From Octopus sinensis (lineage: Eukaryota), in the NCBI RefSeq assembly GCF_006345805.1, contig NC_043001.1, positions 46,314,001 to 46,378,000 on the forward strand: a stretch of DNA of 64,000 bases, given 5' to 3'. Below, piece after piece: positions 25,207 through 37,604 of the stretch. Each line of letters opens with the position of its first letter. Within the stretch, counting starts at the first letter, position 1. Below the pieces are notes generated by a model, which saw nothing but the letters and a program-made list of their open reading frames with translations, did not search any database and had not been told where the DNA came from. The position numbers and the translations under genes were made by a program.

Positions 25207-25764
25207 ATAAATGCCCTGATGCAGTACCAGGCAGTGGCTCTCATGGCTTCTGATCTTAACTGATTGGAAGTGTTATCATGTACATTGTTTTGTCTTGGTA
25301 TAAAAGATGGGCTACAGCAAATATTCTGCTCATTACCACAGATTTGCTTGTCAGTTGTTTGACCTTAACCAGTTGAGCATTTCCCTTAGTGGCTGACGAT
25401 ATGTGCATCTCTGATCACGAGCAGAAGTAGTGGGGGAGCATCATAGCCATGTGTTGAGAGGGATTCTTTGGGGTTTGAATAATTCACCTCTGGAAACATG
25501 GTGGTTCTTTCAACATCCTTAAACAATCCTTATTCAGGGACCTTTTGAGCGGGATGGGCTACTCAACCTGAAGAAAATTCTAACTGGGCCCCACCCGCAA
25601 GGTCATGTGCTGTTTATCTTGATATGAGGTCACCATGTCGCGCACATATGGTTGTGATGCATTGCCTGGTGTACCTTTATCAGACGGGTAGTCATGATGG
25701 GTATATTGGGCTTCGTATATTTTATCCCAGTGTCACTTTGATGGCATGAACTGCTCTCTCACTC
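25207..25764 (+). mobile_element. TAA-embedded non-coding element, copy 3 (best preserved)
   Basis: (TAA)n-ATGCCCTGATGCAGTACCAGGC...CTGCTCTCTCACTC-(ATA)n. Confidence 0.92.
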
Positions 25765-25797
<33 letters not shown>

Positions 25798-25949
25798 TAG
25801 AATAAGAAGAAGAAGAGAACCTGCACCTCTACACCCTTCCCGCTGATACCCTTCATACTAAATCAACATTCATCTACTTACTATACTCACCGCTTCTCTC
25901 TTCTTAAATCCTTAAACCCGGTCCCTAAAACACATCTTCATTCCTAAAC

Positions 25950-26120
25950 TAGGTGTGTTTACGTCCCCGTAACGTAGCAGTTGACAAACGAGACTAACAG
26001 AATAAGAACTAGGCTTACAAAGAATAAGTCCTGGGGTCGATTTCGTTGACTAAAGCAAAAACCCTTTAAGGCGTTGCTCCATCATGGCCGCACTAAAATT
26101 ACTGAAACAAGTAACAGAAA
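25950..26120 (+). mobile_element. Family B SINE 3' half
   Basis: GGTGTGTTTACGTCCCCGTAAC...AGGCTTACAAAGAATAAGTCCTGGGGTCGA...ACTGAAACAAGTAA. Confidence 0.8.
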
Positions 26121-26646
26121 AAAAGGGAAAATGATAAATAGCTACCATGTATGTATGAAAAGATAAAGAGAATACAATAATAAGGTTAAATTGGTAGTGA
26201 TATTGCCGTTTCGCCAGCAGTCAGACCTGGTCGACAAGATCTATGGCCAAAGGTATTCCAGGTATAATTACCTCATGTGTTTTGATGTTTATTTTTACGT
26301 GATCCAATATGTCCTTCCACATTTTAAAAGAGCAGGCTATGATTTGAAGGCGATCTGATTATTATTTCTAGTAGCTGGAGAGACTGTGCAGGGATTCAAG
26401 AGGCCACTCAGATGGCTCCAGCCAATAGCGATCTGGTACTTTGGTATAGAGTTAACGGGGTCTCAACAACGAGGGAGCAAAGTAATTAAATGCAAATTAT
26501 ACTTCGAGGAAATATATAAACAGATGCTGCAGAATATTATATCGTAGGGAAGTGAAACAGTTTGTGGAAGGGTGCTCTCGAGGACCAAACGTCCTCATCC
26601 GGCTACAAATCTAATGACAAAAGGCGACTGCGGAGTCTGCTAATGA

Positions 26647-26681
<35 letters not shown>

Positions 26682-27314
26682 TCTGCTTTAAGCACAAAGA
26701 CAGCAATTGTGAGGGAAAAGTGTGTTGCTATTTGATATCGTGAAACCCGGCAGCTCCTTCACAGTTCTTGACTGGTACTATATTTTATAGACCCCAGGAG
26801 GATGAAAAGCAACGGGTTTCGAGATCAAAATGTAAAGGAACGCAACTTAATACGACGAGGATTTTATTTGACGTTCTAAGATTCTGTGAATCCAAACAGC
26901 AACAACATTAATAATAATAACAACAACAACAACAAGGCGATGAAGATGCTGCTGATATTACTTAAAATGATAATGGATGTATATTTGTCTAAGCACTCTA
27001 TAACCACACGCACATACTTACACACACATATGCATACACAGAAACAGATACACCTACATACACACAAACACACACAGCACACATAATCATAAAGAAAATA
27101 AACTCATTGTCAGCTATGAATACATGATATTTGTGTTTATATGCGATGTGTGTATTTGTATGCGTGTATATACTTACATACACACATTCACATACACACA
27201 CACACAAACACATAAATGTACGAACGCATACATTTGTCTTAAGTACGTATTTGTGTGTGGATGAGGATGGTTATATGTATAACTATATACGTATGCTTGT
27301 ATAATATATCTATG

Positions 27315-27350
<36 letters not shown>

Positions 27351-28029
27351 ATATATATATATATTATATATATATAATTAAACACACACATACACACAAC
27401 ACACATTCATATATCTTCACATATATCTTCACATATATCTTCATATTTCTAGAAACACATTTGTCATTACTAAAAGCTGGCCCGCTAACACAAAGTACAC
27501 TAATATTACAAGGTCGCTACTGTCAGTTTGTCAGGCTACATATATCAAACACAGAAAATAGATGAGGATGGAATTATCTAAACAAAGAATTCTTTTGGCA
27601 ATTAATACACACGTCATACATCTGTACGTAATCAAAATACTTGGACTTGGACTAAACGGCAGTCGTATTGGGGCAGGAGATAAGGTGGAGTTATAATCAT
27701 ACATGCATAGCTATCTAGCTGCCTATTTATCTAACTAAATGCTTGCCTACCTATCTTACATATACGAGTACATAGGCAGGTACGTATGTGTATCTGTGTA
27801 TGTCTTTGTGTGTGTGTGTGTGTGTGTGTGTACGTGCGTGTATATGTGTATGCGCATATATATATTATATATATATGTGTATGTATGTATGTATAGGCAT
27901 ACAGGGATGTACATAAACACTTTTGTATAACTGATAGTGTATATATACATATATAGTTACATACATCTGCATGTGCATGTATATATTCATGCAGGACTGC
28001 ATATCAAAACTAAGCTACAAAAACTCATA

Positions 28030-28149
<120 letters not shown>

Positions 28150-28274
28150 TATATATTACATTATATACATATATATATACATATATATATATACACACAC
28201 ACACCATATATATATATACATAAACACACAGATACACTCAGGCACACGCGCACATGCATACACATACAGCTATT

Positions 28275-28595
28275 AAGTGGCACTCTGTCGGTTACAACGA
28301 CGAGCGTTCTAGTTGATCCGATGAACAGAACAGCCTACTCGTGAAATTAACGTGCACGTGGCTGAGCACTCTACAGACATGGGTCCCCTTAACGTAGTTC
28401 TCAGGGAGATTCGGCGTGACGCAGACTGTGACAAGGTTGGCCCTTTGGAAAATAGGTACTACTCATTTTTGCCAGCTGAGTGGACTGGAGTAATGTGAAA
28501 TAAAGTTCATGTTCAAGGACACAACGCGTCGCCGGGAATTGAACTCACGACCTTACGATCGTAAATCGAATAATCTAACCACTAATCCACGCACC
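28275..28595 (-). mobile_element. tRNA/CORE-type SINE (family C) with a distinct 3' domain
   Basis: Minus-strand head GAAGGTGCGTGGATTAGTGGTTAGA...GTGAGTTCAATTCCCGGCGAC and CORE-like GTGTCCTTGAAC...CCAGTCCACTCAGCTGG. A decayed copy of the 3' domain lies near 58480-58620. Confidence 0.75.
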
Positions 28596-29025
28596 TTCAT
28601 TATTTTTCTTTCGCTTAAGTATAGCGATACTAATAAACTGGTGATAGAAACTAATATACATATTCTTCAGGACAAGTTTATCAGTCGTGTGCAAAAATGA
28701 CGAAGGAAAAGAAATTATATCATGAACTTCATCAGCTTACAGCCGTTTCTGCTGTAAGATGCAATGCACTCATAGTTGAATGCTTGTGTATCACCCTATA
28801 GCTTCATCGGAGCCTCGAATATGAAGTGCAATTTTATTTTCGAAAGCATTTACATTTACATATACTCACAGAAAAGCATTACCTACGAAAAAATTCATAA
28901 AAATATGTAGGAAATAAATTCCGGTGTTTGATGGACGGAAGTATCACCCACAAATTGAATAAGACGATATTTCATCTCTCTCTCAGTATATATATATATT
29001 TTCTGGTGTTTTATTCGGGTGTATA

Positions 29026-29845
29026 AGAAGGGGTACCCAAAAGTAACCGGAAACGTTCTTTGTGGGACAAGCCCACTGTAGTTCAGGCTTCCGCCACTAG
29101 AAGTCACTTGATGTAACCCTCAGGCATAAATTGTACAGCGATGTAGTACATGTTTGTTTTGTGGTGCTTCTCCCTTGTTTGTCGATTTTTGCGATGGTTG
29201 AAACGAAGGAACAGCGTGCTTCCGTGAAATTCTGTTTCCTGATGCGGAAAACGGCAGCCGAAACAGCTGTCATGCTTCAAACAACTTACATGTACGCTGC
29301 CATGATGAAAAACACAAGTTTACGAGTGGTTTCCACGCTTTAGGAATGGTCACTTATCGCTTGAAGACCAAGCTCGTTCAGGGCGACCCTTGTCCCCCCC
29401 CCCCCCAACGAATGAAAATATGAAAATTCATAAACTGATCTTGCCAATGAATGAGTGAGGAATTGGAAATGAAAAGGGCTGCAGCAAAATCTGTGCCTCG
29501 TTTGCTCCCGGAAGATCAGAAGCAGTCACGACTGAACAAAAAGAACAGTTGGAAGTTGATCTTACTCCCTGCAACTCTTTTTTTGTTCTCCTCCTGAATG
29601 AAAAAGTCCTTTAAAAAAACGTTGTGCAGATGTAAAAGAGGTGAAGAAAAAAAAAACAAAAACGACGGAGATGTTAAAAGGCATCTTTGCAAGAGTTCCA
29701 ACACTGCTTCGAATAGTGGAAAACGCTGGACCGATGCATTACTTCAAACGGAGAATACTTTGAAAGCGATAAAAAGTGTAAACATGTAAAACTAAGTGAA
29801 TAAAATGATATTGCAAAATTCCGGTTTCTTTTGGGTACCCTCTCG
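29026..29845 (+). mobile_element. Internally deleted mariner transposon
   Basis: TIRs GGGTACCCAAAAGTAACCGGAA / TTCCGGTTTCTTTTGGGTACCC with TA flanks. From 29194: MVETKEQRASVKFCFLMRKTAAETAVML, then frameshifted TQVYEWF..F..G..SLED..RSGRP, then C-terminal CITSNGEYFE. The catalytic DD34D region is missing. Confidence 0.92.
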
Positions 29846-30181
29846 TATTTCTGTTTTTCATTTATATATCTATCTATATTTTGCCCTTTCGCTCATTATC
29901 ATACGATACAGAATATACCCACCTACGATCTCATACATATACAGACATACATTCATGCATGCATCCATCCATACATACATACATACACATACATACAACA
30001 TATAACCATACATATGCACACACGAAGACATTATATAGCCACGTATGATTTATAAATATTTATGAAAATGCGTTATTACATGCATTCCCTTATACATATT
30101 GCAGTATCTCTTTCTGAGCTGCAGAGGAATAGATTTGCATGTTTATGTTACATATATACATGCATTATATTCCCCCCCACT

Positions 30182-30317
<136 letters not shown>

Positions 30318-31099
30318 ATGTAAATGTATATATATATGTGCGTGTGTGCGTGGTGCGCGCATACATCTAAGACAAACAAACGAAAGGATATGAAAACTAA
30401 TATATGGCGCTATTTTTGTCTGGATAACTGAATCATCAAATTATATAGCGCTTGTTATTAACTTGACTGTCTCCCCCTCGCTCTCTTTCTCTCTCTATCA
30501 TGTCCCCCCCTCTGGTTTTCTTCCTCTTTCTTTCACTTTCTCTCTAACTCGCTTCCTTTCCTCTTATCCAACAATTGTGTGATAGCGTTGATGTGTTTAC
30601 AGTGATAGCTTTACCTAAGTTGTGTGTGTGTGTATGTGTGTGTGTGTGTATGTATGTGTATATGTATGCATGCGCGAATGCATGCATGAATATATGCGTC
30701 TATCTATCTATCTATCTATCTATCTGTCTATCTATCGAACTCTGCCTCGCCTCTCTCTCCCTCTCTTTAAACACACACACAAATATATATATGTAAATAT
30801 ATAAATATGTTGTACATAGAGAAGGTTACATTGCCAACAAAATACATGTAATTGTGCTTCACGTATCATCATCATCATCGTCATCGTCGTTCTCAGTGAA
30901 CTTGTGTAATTAATTAATTCATTGTTTGACCAGTTTTTAAATAAACCAATCAGTTCGTTCGTTCGAGATATTTCGTCGCAGTTTGCAATCTTATCGTTGA
31001 AATACCATTACCTGCTATTTTGGCACAAACTATCACAAATTCTCAGTTCTATGTGATACTTGTTACTAAGGAGACAGAAGCAAGCCGAAACAGCGGTGT

Positions 31100-31250
31100 C
31101 TGACATTTATGATCCGAGTTCAAATGCCGCCGAGGTCGACTTTGCCTTTCATCCTTTTGGGGTCGATAAATTAAGTACCAGTGAAACACTGGGGTCGATG
31201 TAATCGACTAATCTCCTAATCCAAATTTCAGGCCTTATGCTTATTATGAT
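31100..31250 (+). mobile_element. Family A SINE body
   Basis: GAGTTCAAATGCCGCCGAGGTCGACTTTGCCTTTCATCCTTTTGGGGTCGATAAATTAAGTACC. Confidence 0.85.
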
Positions 31251-31324
31251 TATTGCTATTATTATTGCTATGCACTTTTGGAATTATTCCTCTCTCTATC
31301 CCTTACTTTCTCATTGCTCTCTTT

Positions 31325-31395
31325 CTTTCTGATGAAGGACTAACGTCCGAAACGTTGATATACTAACTTGCGACTCACGAGCGTTAAACTGACTA
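31325..31395 (+). ncRNA. Minimal type I hammerhead-ribozyme-like motif in a PLE-derived remnant
   Basis: CTGATGA (31329-35), A, GGAC-TAAC-GTCC, GAAA, C, GTT. Downstream CGAGCGTTAAACTGA is shared with the 41270 family. Stem I is only about 2 bp. Confidence 0.55.
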
Positions 31396-31506
31396 AATCT
31401 ACCCATCTACGATGGATGCATAAAATAAGGGATGGTAGTTTTAACAGCAGTATGTATTGAGAAATGTTTAAAGGGACTTGATACATTACTGGGTGAAATC
31501 GTAGAG

Positions 31507-31600
31507 CAAAGGTTCTCAACCCATTTTGGCCAAACGTTCCCTTTTGACACTTGGAGCTACAAATGGTTCCCCTACAAAATATTTTTATTTTTTAATATAC
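31507..31600. mobile_element. Single end of a hAT MITE
   Basis: CAAAGGTTCTCAACCC after TAGAG; partner TIR not found. Confidence 0.45.
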
Positions 31601-31793
31601 TACTTATTTTGATATCAGCAGATAATGATTAAAAAATAAAGGACATCGTTTTACATATGCGCTTGTACGCAGTCGGGAGTACAATTGTGCAAACTGAAAT
31701 ACAAAAAGAAAAAAAAAACCGAAATAATAAATGATGTTATGAATGAAAGTTTGGTAATTACGTTTATTTCCACCACGCGACACTAATGAGGCC

Positions 31794-31860
31794 AACATGT
31801 TGTCTATCGAAAGAGCGCTCTTTGGTACAAGTAAATGCCGATGAAATCATTTCAAACCTT
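31794..31860 (+). mobile_element. hAT transposase C-terminal dimerisation-domain remnant
   Basis: NMLSIERAL / (frameshift) LVQVNADEIISN resembles the hAT pattern L.MLSIE.......D.IIxxF. Confidence 0.5.
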
Positions 31861-32297
31861 TCCGATTTCCCTTATCAAAACGGCTAGAACTTGTGCAACA
31901 ATCTGACATGTAAGTTATTGTCACCTGAGAAGAGAATTTTTTTATGCTCACGAAAGAGAGTGTATTTGATAGAAATTGTTGAAATACCTACGTACTTCAG
32001 ATGAGTAGCAAATTGTGGTGGATGGTATTCACTGTACTTGGATGTAGTTTGAGTCATAAAATCAGTAAAAAATTTGAAACATTAAACATTCATTTCTTAT
32101 TTATTTGAACCAAAGAATCTATTGACGAATAAGTTGTAGCGAACGGTGTCAACTTTAAGGTTGTACCCCGCGTGACCTGTTCATTGTAGGTTTCTAAATA
32201 AAGATAAATACCTTATAAAGTTGTGTTTTATTTTATTTATTTTTTTGTTATATTAATGTATTTGTCTGTATTGTGTTTGGGTAAATTTTTACAAGTG

Positions 32298-32368
32298 CAC
32301 CTGCATTAGCAGCTATTTGCGACAACGGCAGGTCCTTTATCGCAAATAGCTGTTACGTGGTAGCAGGG
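32298..32368. other. Strong stem-loop (22-bp stem, 2 mismatches), pre-miRNA-like
   Basis: TAGCAGCTATTTGCGACAACGG (32307-28), loop CAGGT, CCTTTATCGCAAATAGCTGTTA (32334-55); outer CCTGC / GCAGG can also pair. Confidence 0.6.
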
Positions 32369-32770
32369 CGTGTTAGAAACACTAGCTAAATCTTTCCTTT
32401 TCTGGCTTCCGGGAAACTTCGAGGTCCCCCATCACCCTCCACCATATCTTTGCCAAAAAAAAAAAAAAACGGCTTGCGGCGGGTTTGGCTGTCAGATACG
32501 TTGAATGCACGCGAAAACTCCGAGGTTTTTTTTTCCTGTCCTTACTGACAAACGTTCATTACATCCATTGCGAGTGCACTGCCAGCACAAATTTCCACGA
32601 ACCACTTTCTTAGTCATATTGTGCCTAGATTTACTACACTTTTTTTTTAGGGATAACACCCTTTTCTTCGAAATAATATGCAGCATTCACCTCTGTTTTC
32701 AGTATCTCCTTCAGACTGGTACAGTTAAGTTACTTGGATGCGACCATTCTAGTCTTTTATCAATAAACAC

Positions 32771-32936
32771 AGGAGAGGACGTGTGGTAAGTAGCTTGCTT
32801 ACCAACCACATGGTTCCGGGTTCAGTCCCACAGCGTGGCACCTTGGGCAAGTGTCTTCTACTATAGTCTCGAGCCGACCAAAGCCTTGTGAGTGGATTTG
32901 GTAGACGGAAACTGAAAGAAACCTGTCGTATATATG

Positions 32937-32988
<52 letters not shown>

Positions 32989-33190
32989 TGTGTCTGTGTT
33001 TGTCCCCCCAACATCGCTTGACGACCGATGCTGGTGTGTTTACACCCCCGTAACATAGCGGTTCAGCAAAATACCCCGATAGAATAAGTACTAGGCTTAC
33101 AAAGAATAAGTCCTGGGGTCGATTTGCTCGACTAAAGGCGGTGCTCCAGCATGGCCGCAGCGAACTGACTGAAACAAGTAAAAGATTAAA
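32771..33190 (+). mobile_element. Full-length family B SINE
   Basis: Same head, CORE-like segment, internal (TA)n(TG)n and 3' half as 14941-15350. Confidence 0.9.
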
Positions 33191-33970
33191 GCAAAAAGTA
33201 AACAAAGAAGAACTTCACGAAATACGAAAAAAATTATATAAACACAGAAAATCTTCACGAAATATATGTAAAATATTACGAAAATTCACGAAAAATGCCT
33301 AAAATAAACTTTGTCTCATTGTTGGTGACACAGCATTCTATTGCAGCTATATGACATGTGTTTTCGACTAAGTGACATGTGATGTTGATTGACTTCCGAA
33401 CTGAAATAGGCTCCCAGCCTCTGTATCATGAATGGTTATGTGGACCACTCCTAACGAAAGCCAGAGCTTCCTTCGACCACTACATAAAAAGTATTAAGTA
33501 AAAAATGTTATTTAGATATACTTTTATTTTAGTTGTTTACACTATTTTACGCTTGTTTATTCAAAGTTCATAACTTTCCATATTTAAATTATGAATCATA
33601 TTCCTTTCGATAACATCAAAATGATTACAAAAATTCTTTGTAGACGATATTTTCTGTTTGGTCGACACTAATTTTCAAATTATTGGAGTTCGTAGCTCTA
33701 CTCATAGCGACGTATAACTGGCCGTGTGTAAACATCGGAGTGGGTAAAAATACACCTACACGATCTAAAGTCTGGTCCTGTGCTTCATTTGCTGTGAATA
33801 CGCAAGCGGAATCTTTAGGAATCTGCCCATCTATGATGGGAAATAAGGGGATAGTATCGCAACTTCACGAACTATACGGGGGGGGGGGATCTAGAGTGAA
33901 TCCTCGTGACCGGAATTTTAACAACAAAAAAAAAATCAAAGGTGATTTATTAATACAAAACTCAATAAGT

Positions 33971-34349
33971 AATCATACTTTTTCACACTTTTTCCTGATT
34001 ACTTCCTTCGTAATCCCGGAAAACATCGTGACTATTGGCCCAGCCGTTTGACAGTGAAAAGGGAACAGACAGACGGACATAACGCCCATCATAGTAAGAA
34101 TTTGATTTACTTCCCTTTGCTTTTTTTATTAGTTATCTCCCCTTAATTTTTATTTACTTTTTTTACGTCCGTAAACTGAACAATTGCCCTCAATATCTAC
34201 TAGATAATCATATTTTTTCACATTTTTTCGCTAAAAAACCTTCCCGATTACCTCCTTCATAATCCTGAAAAACATCGTGATCATTGGTCCATCCGTTTGA
34301 CTGTGAAGAGGGCACAGGCAGACAGACATAATGTCCATTATAGTAAGAT
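33971..34349 (+). mobile_element. Two tandem Helitron/HINE-type 3' ends (33971-34099 and 34206-34349)
   Basis: Both read ...AAAACATCGTGA...TTGG(C/T)CCA(G/T)CCGTTTGAC.GTGAA...CAGAC.GACATAA...ATAGTAAGA. Family assignment is from recalled similarity to non-autonomous Helitron ends. Confidence 0.55.
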
Positions 34350-34761
34350 ACCATTTTTTTACAAACTTTACTTCTTCCTGTTTTATTCATTTCATGTTTA
34401 TTCTCTTCATATATGTGTTGTGTTGGTGAAAAGGGAAGTAACTATGATATTCTTTGAGCTGATGAGCAAACTTTTTTTTTACCTGTATTAATTTATAAAT
34501 TATACAACGGTACTACATAATTTATGTTATATACATTGATACAGGCATGTAATTTGATTAATTTATTTATTATACACTAAAATAAATTGTTCTTATTTGA
34601 AAAGATCGTCGTTATATGGATATCTGATGATGGAATAAATTTATTCATCTCATACCACCTGTCTTTCTTTATATTTTGTGTGTGTGGGTGCGCGTGCGTG
34701 TGTGTGCGCGTGCGTGTGTGTGCGCGTGCGTGTGTGTGCGCGTGCGTGTGTGTGTGTATAC

Positions 34762-34809
<48 letters not shown>

Positions 34810-34842
<33 letters not shown>

Positions 34843-34870
34843 TACATACATACATACATACATACATACA

Positions 34871-34937
<67 letters not shown>

Positions 34938-35348
34938 ACACATTTAATGATATTTATTGTTTTCCTTTCTGGAACTCTGCTAACTGCCTTATTTAATTAT
35001 TTCTATAAACATCAACGATTCGCTAAATTATCAATAAATTTTTATGGAGTAAACGTATGTGCACGTAACGCGGCTGTCCAGGAACTGGCAAACATGTGCC
35101 GACCCTTCTGACGATGCTTCGGCCTAAAACTGAAACCGTACAGCCAAGGGATATCATAGCCACCAATTTCCGGCCATCTACGGTCGCTGCCAGCATGCAT
35201 GTACAGAATTATATATGCGTTGACCGCAGAAACAGCGCCCTTTAGCTCTTATTTATAGTGTAGTTGTTCTAACACCCTTAGTCATATTTAATGATATTTG
35301 TTGTTTTTCTTTCAGGTGAAACTCTGCTAACTAGACGCCTCATTTAAT

Positions 35349-35379
<31 letters not shown>

Positions 35380-35480
35380 ATAATATATATATATATTATA
35401 TATATATATACTATATATATATACACACACACACACACACATACATACATAATACATACATACATACATACATACATACA

Positions 35481-35553
<73 letters not shown>

Positions 35554-36035
35554 ACACACATTTAATGATATTTATTGTTTTCCTTTCTGGAAACTCTGCT
35601 AACTGCCTTATTTAATTATTTCTATAAACATCAACGATTCGCTAAATTATCAATAAATTTTTATGGAGTAAACGTATGTGCACGTAACGCGGCTGTCCAG
35701 GAACTGGCAAACATGTGCCGACCCTTCTGACGATGCTTCGGCCTAAAACTGAAACCGTACAGCCAAGGGATATCATAGCCACCAATTTCCGGCCATCTAC
35801 GGTCGCTGCCAGCATGCATGTACAGAATTATATATGCGTTGACCGCAGAAACAGCGCCCTTTAGCTCTTATTTATAGTGTAGTTGTTCTAACACCCTTAG
35901 TCATATTTAATGATATTTGTTGTTTTTCTTTCAGGTGAAACTCTGCTAACTAGACGCCTCATTTAATTATATATATATATATATATTATATATATATATA
36001 TAATATATATATATATTATATATATATATATATAT
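34810..36035. repeat. Near-perfect tandem duplication, period about 618 bp
   Basis: The unique part at 34942-35350 is repeated at 35560-35970 with only a homopolymer indel visible. The flanking microsatellites are duplicated too. Confidence 0.92.
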
Positions 36036-36554
36036 AGTTCTTAAACAAGAATTAGTGATCGTCTACTTTGGCAATATTGATTACAAATAGTCTCAGATGA
36101 AGGCTTCTTTCCAATACATTTTCCTTTTCCTCAATGTAAACCAATTTGCTCCACTTTGAACAGTTTTTAGTGTTTTTCAGTTTCTCCACACTTGTTGACT
36201 TCAATGAATATATTCATTTCATCATTAGACATTCATATAACGGCGATCGTCTCATATAAAAAAAAACTATTTTTGTGTATAATAAATAAATAATAAATTA
36301 ATTTATTCGCACTTTAAATGTACCATTGAACGCTTGAAAACATATATCTCAGTCAAATCAGCCTGTTGAAGACCACATCTCTCTCTCTCTCTCTCTCTCT
36401 CTCACTCACTCACTCTCTCTCTCTCCCTCTCTCTCTAACTGTTTTAATATTTTACTGGTTTCAACGGATATGCATAGGCTTCACCATCAACAGGATCTGT
36501 TTTGTGAACTTGCTTCTGCTGCTGTTGATAACCACTAGTACTGGAAACGATATA

Positions 36555-37066
36555 CCGTAAATCCTCGAGTATAATCCGTATTTTTCCCCCAAAATTTAAA
36601 GGTCAAAATCCCTAGTACATACTATATACGAGGTTAAAAATGATATTTATTTTCTGAGCAATGTCCGAGTCTCTATTTGCTGTCCAGCAATTTTTATCCA
36701 GACGCATTTTGTGATGTCGGGCGCGAAAATACCTTAAGCTAAGCCTGAAAGCAATGAAGTCATAAAAGAACCATCCATAACTTTCAGTAAGCAACATTTA
36801 TTAAACGTTATTACTGTTATTTCTTTATTTTCTGCAAACAAAATGCACAAAAAAGCTACACGTTTGCATTATGTTATATATACAATAATAATAAAGGACG
36901 TTACCGTATACATTTTTACAAACCAAGGACGTTATATAGACTTCCTTGACTCAAGTTAGAGAAGGGATGCGTATTATACACAAGGTTTAGGTTTTTCAGA
37001 GGTACAACCCTCTAAAAATCCCCTGTGTATTATACTCAAGGGCGGACTATACTCGAGGATTTACGA
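36555..37066. mobile_element. Tc1/mariner superfamily (pogo/Tigger-like) MITE
   Basis: TIRs CCGTAAATCCTCGAGTATAATCCG / CGGACTATACTCGAGGATTTACGA, with TA on both sides. Confidence 0.85.
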
Positions 37067-37332
37067 TATTCAGTTCCGTGTAACAGGAGTCCTGTCTATG
37101 CGTTTTATTGGGTTTAACTGAGCAATCTACAAACATGTGGTCTCTGTAGTCGAAAGGATAAAATTATGGACACCATACCGTAACTCTTTTTGCTGGCCTC
37201 GTATATTCTCTGTCAAGATAGAATCTCTTCCATGTCCACATTGGTACGTTTCCATGGACTTAGTAGTGTAAGTAAGATGTAACGGCTTTTGTCGAGAATT
37301 GAAACTTACTCGCAATCTCGCATCGACAGAAG

Positions 37333-37604
37333 TTGCTCCTTCTCGAGCTACGCCTGGCTCATAAGGGCCGGTTTCCCGGTTTCCTTGGCGTATACGTTCC
37401 TCACCTGGACGGGACGCCGGCACGTCGCAGGTGAGCTGCAAGATGCAGGAAGAAAGAGTGAGAGAAAGTTGTGGCGAAAGAGTCAGCAGAGGTTCGCCAT
37501 TACCTTCTGCTGGAGCCGCGTGGATCTTATGTGTATCTGAGATTCGAACCCGCGATCTCTCGACCGCAAGTCTGCTGCTCTAACCACTAAGCCATGTGCC
37601 TCCA
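37333..37604 (-). mobile_element. Family C tRNA-derived SINE with a perfect 12-bp TSD
   Basis: TSD CATCGACAGAAG at 37321-32 and 37605-16. Minus-strand head GTGGAGGCACATGGCTTAGTGGTTAGAGC...GGGTTCGAATCTC contains A and B boxes. Confidence 0.9.

Noticed and set aside
28725-28760. Hairpin CTTACAGC/GCTGTAAG next to a minus-strand CTGATGA
   Set aside because: Only 8 bp, and no complete hammerhead topology.
33683-34051. 122-aa ORF as a real gene
   Set aside because: It runs through G and A homopolymers into a Helitron-like end and shows no recognisable domain.
35305-35335. Strong splice acceptor TTTTTCTTTCAG/GTG
   Set aside because: It lies within the 60-bp direct repeat, and I found no donor or coding-like frame downstream before the microsatellite.
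37540-37604. tRNA gene on the minus strand
   Set aside because: It has A and B boxes but no complete acceptor stem, and it is the head of a TSD-bounded SINE.
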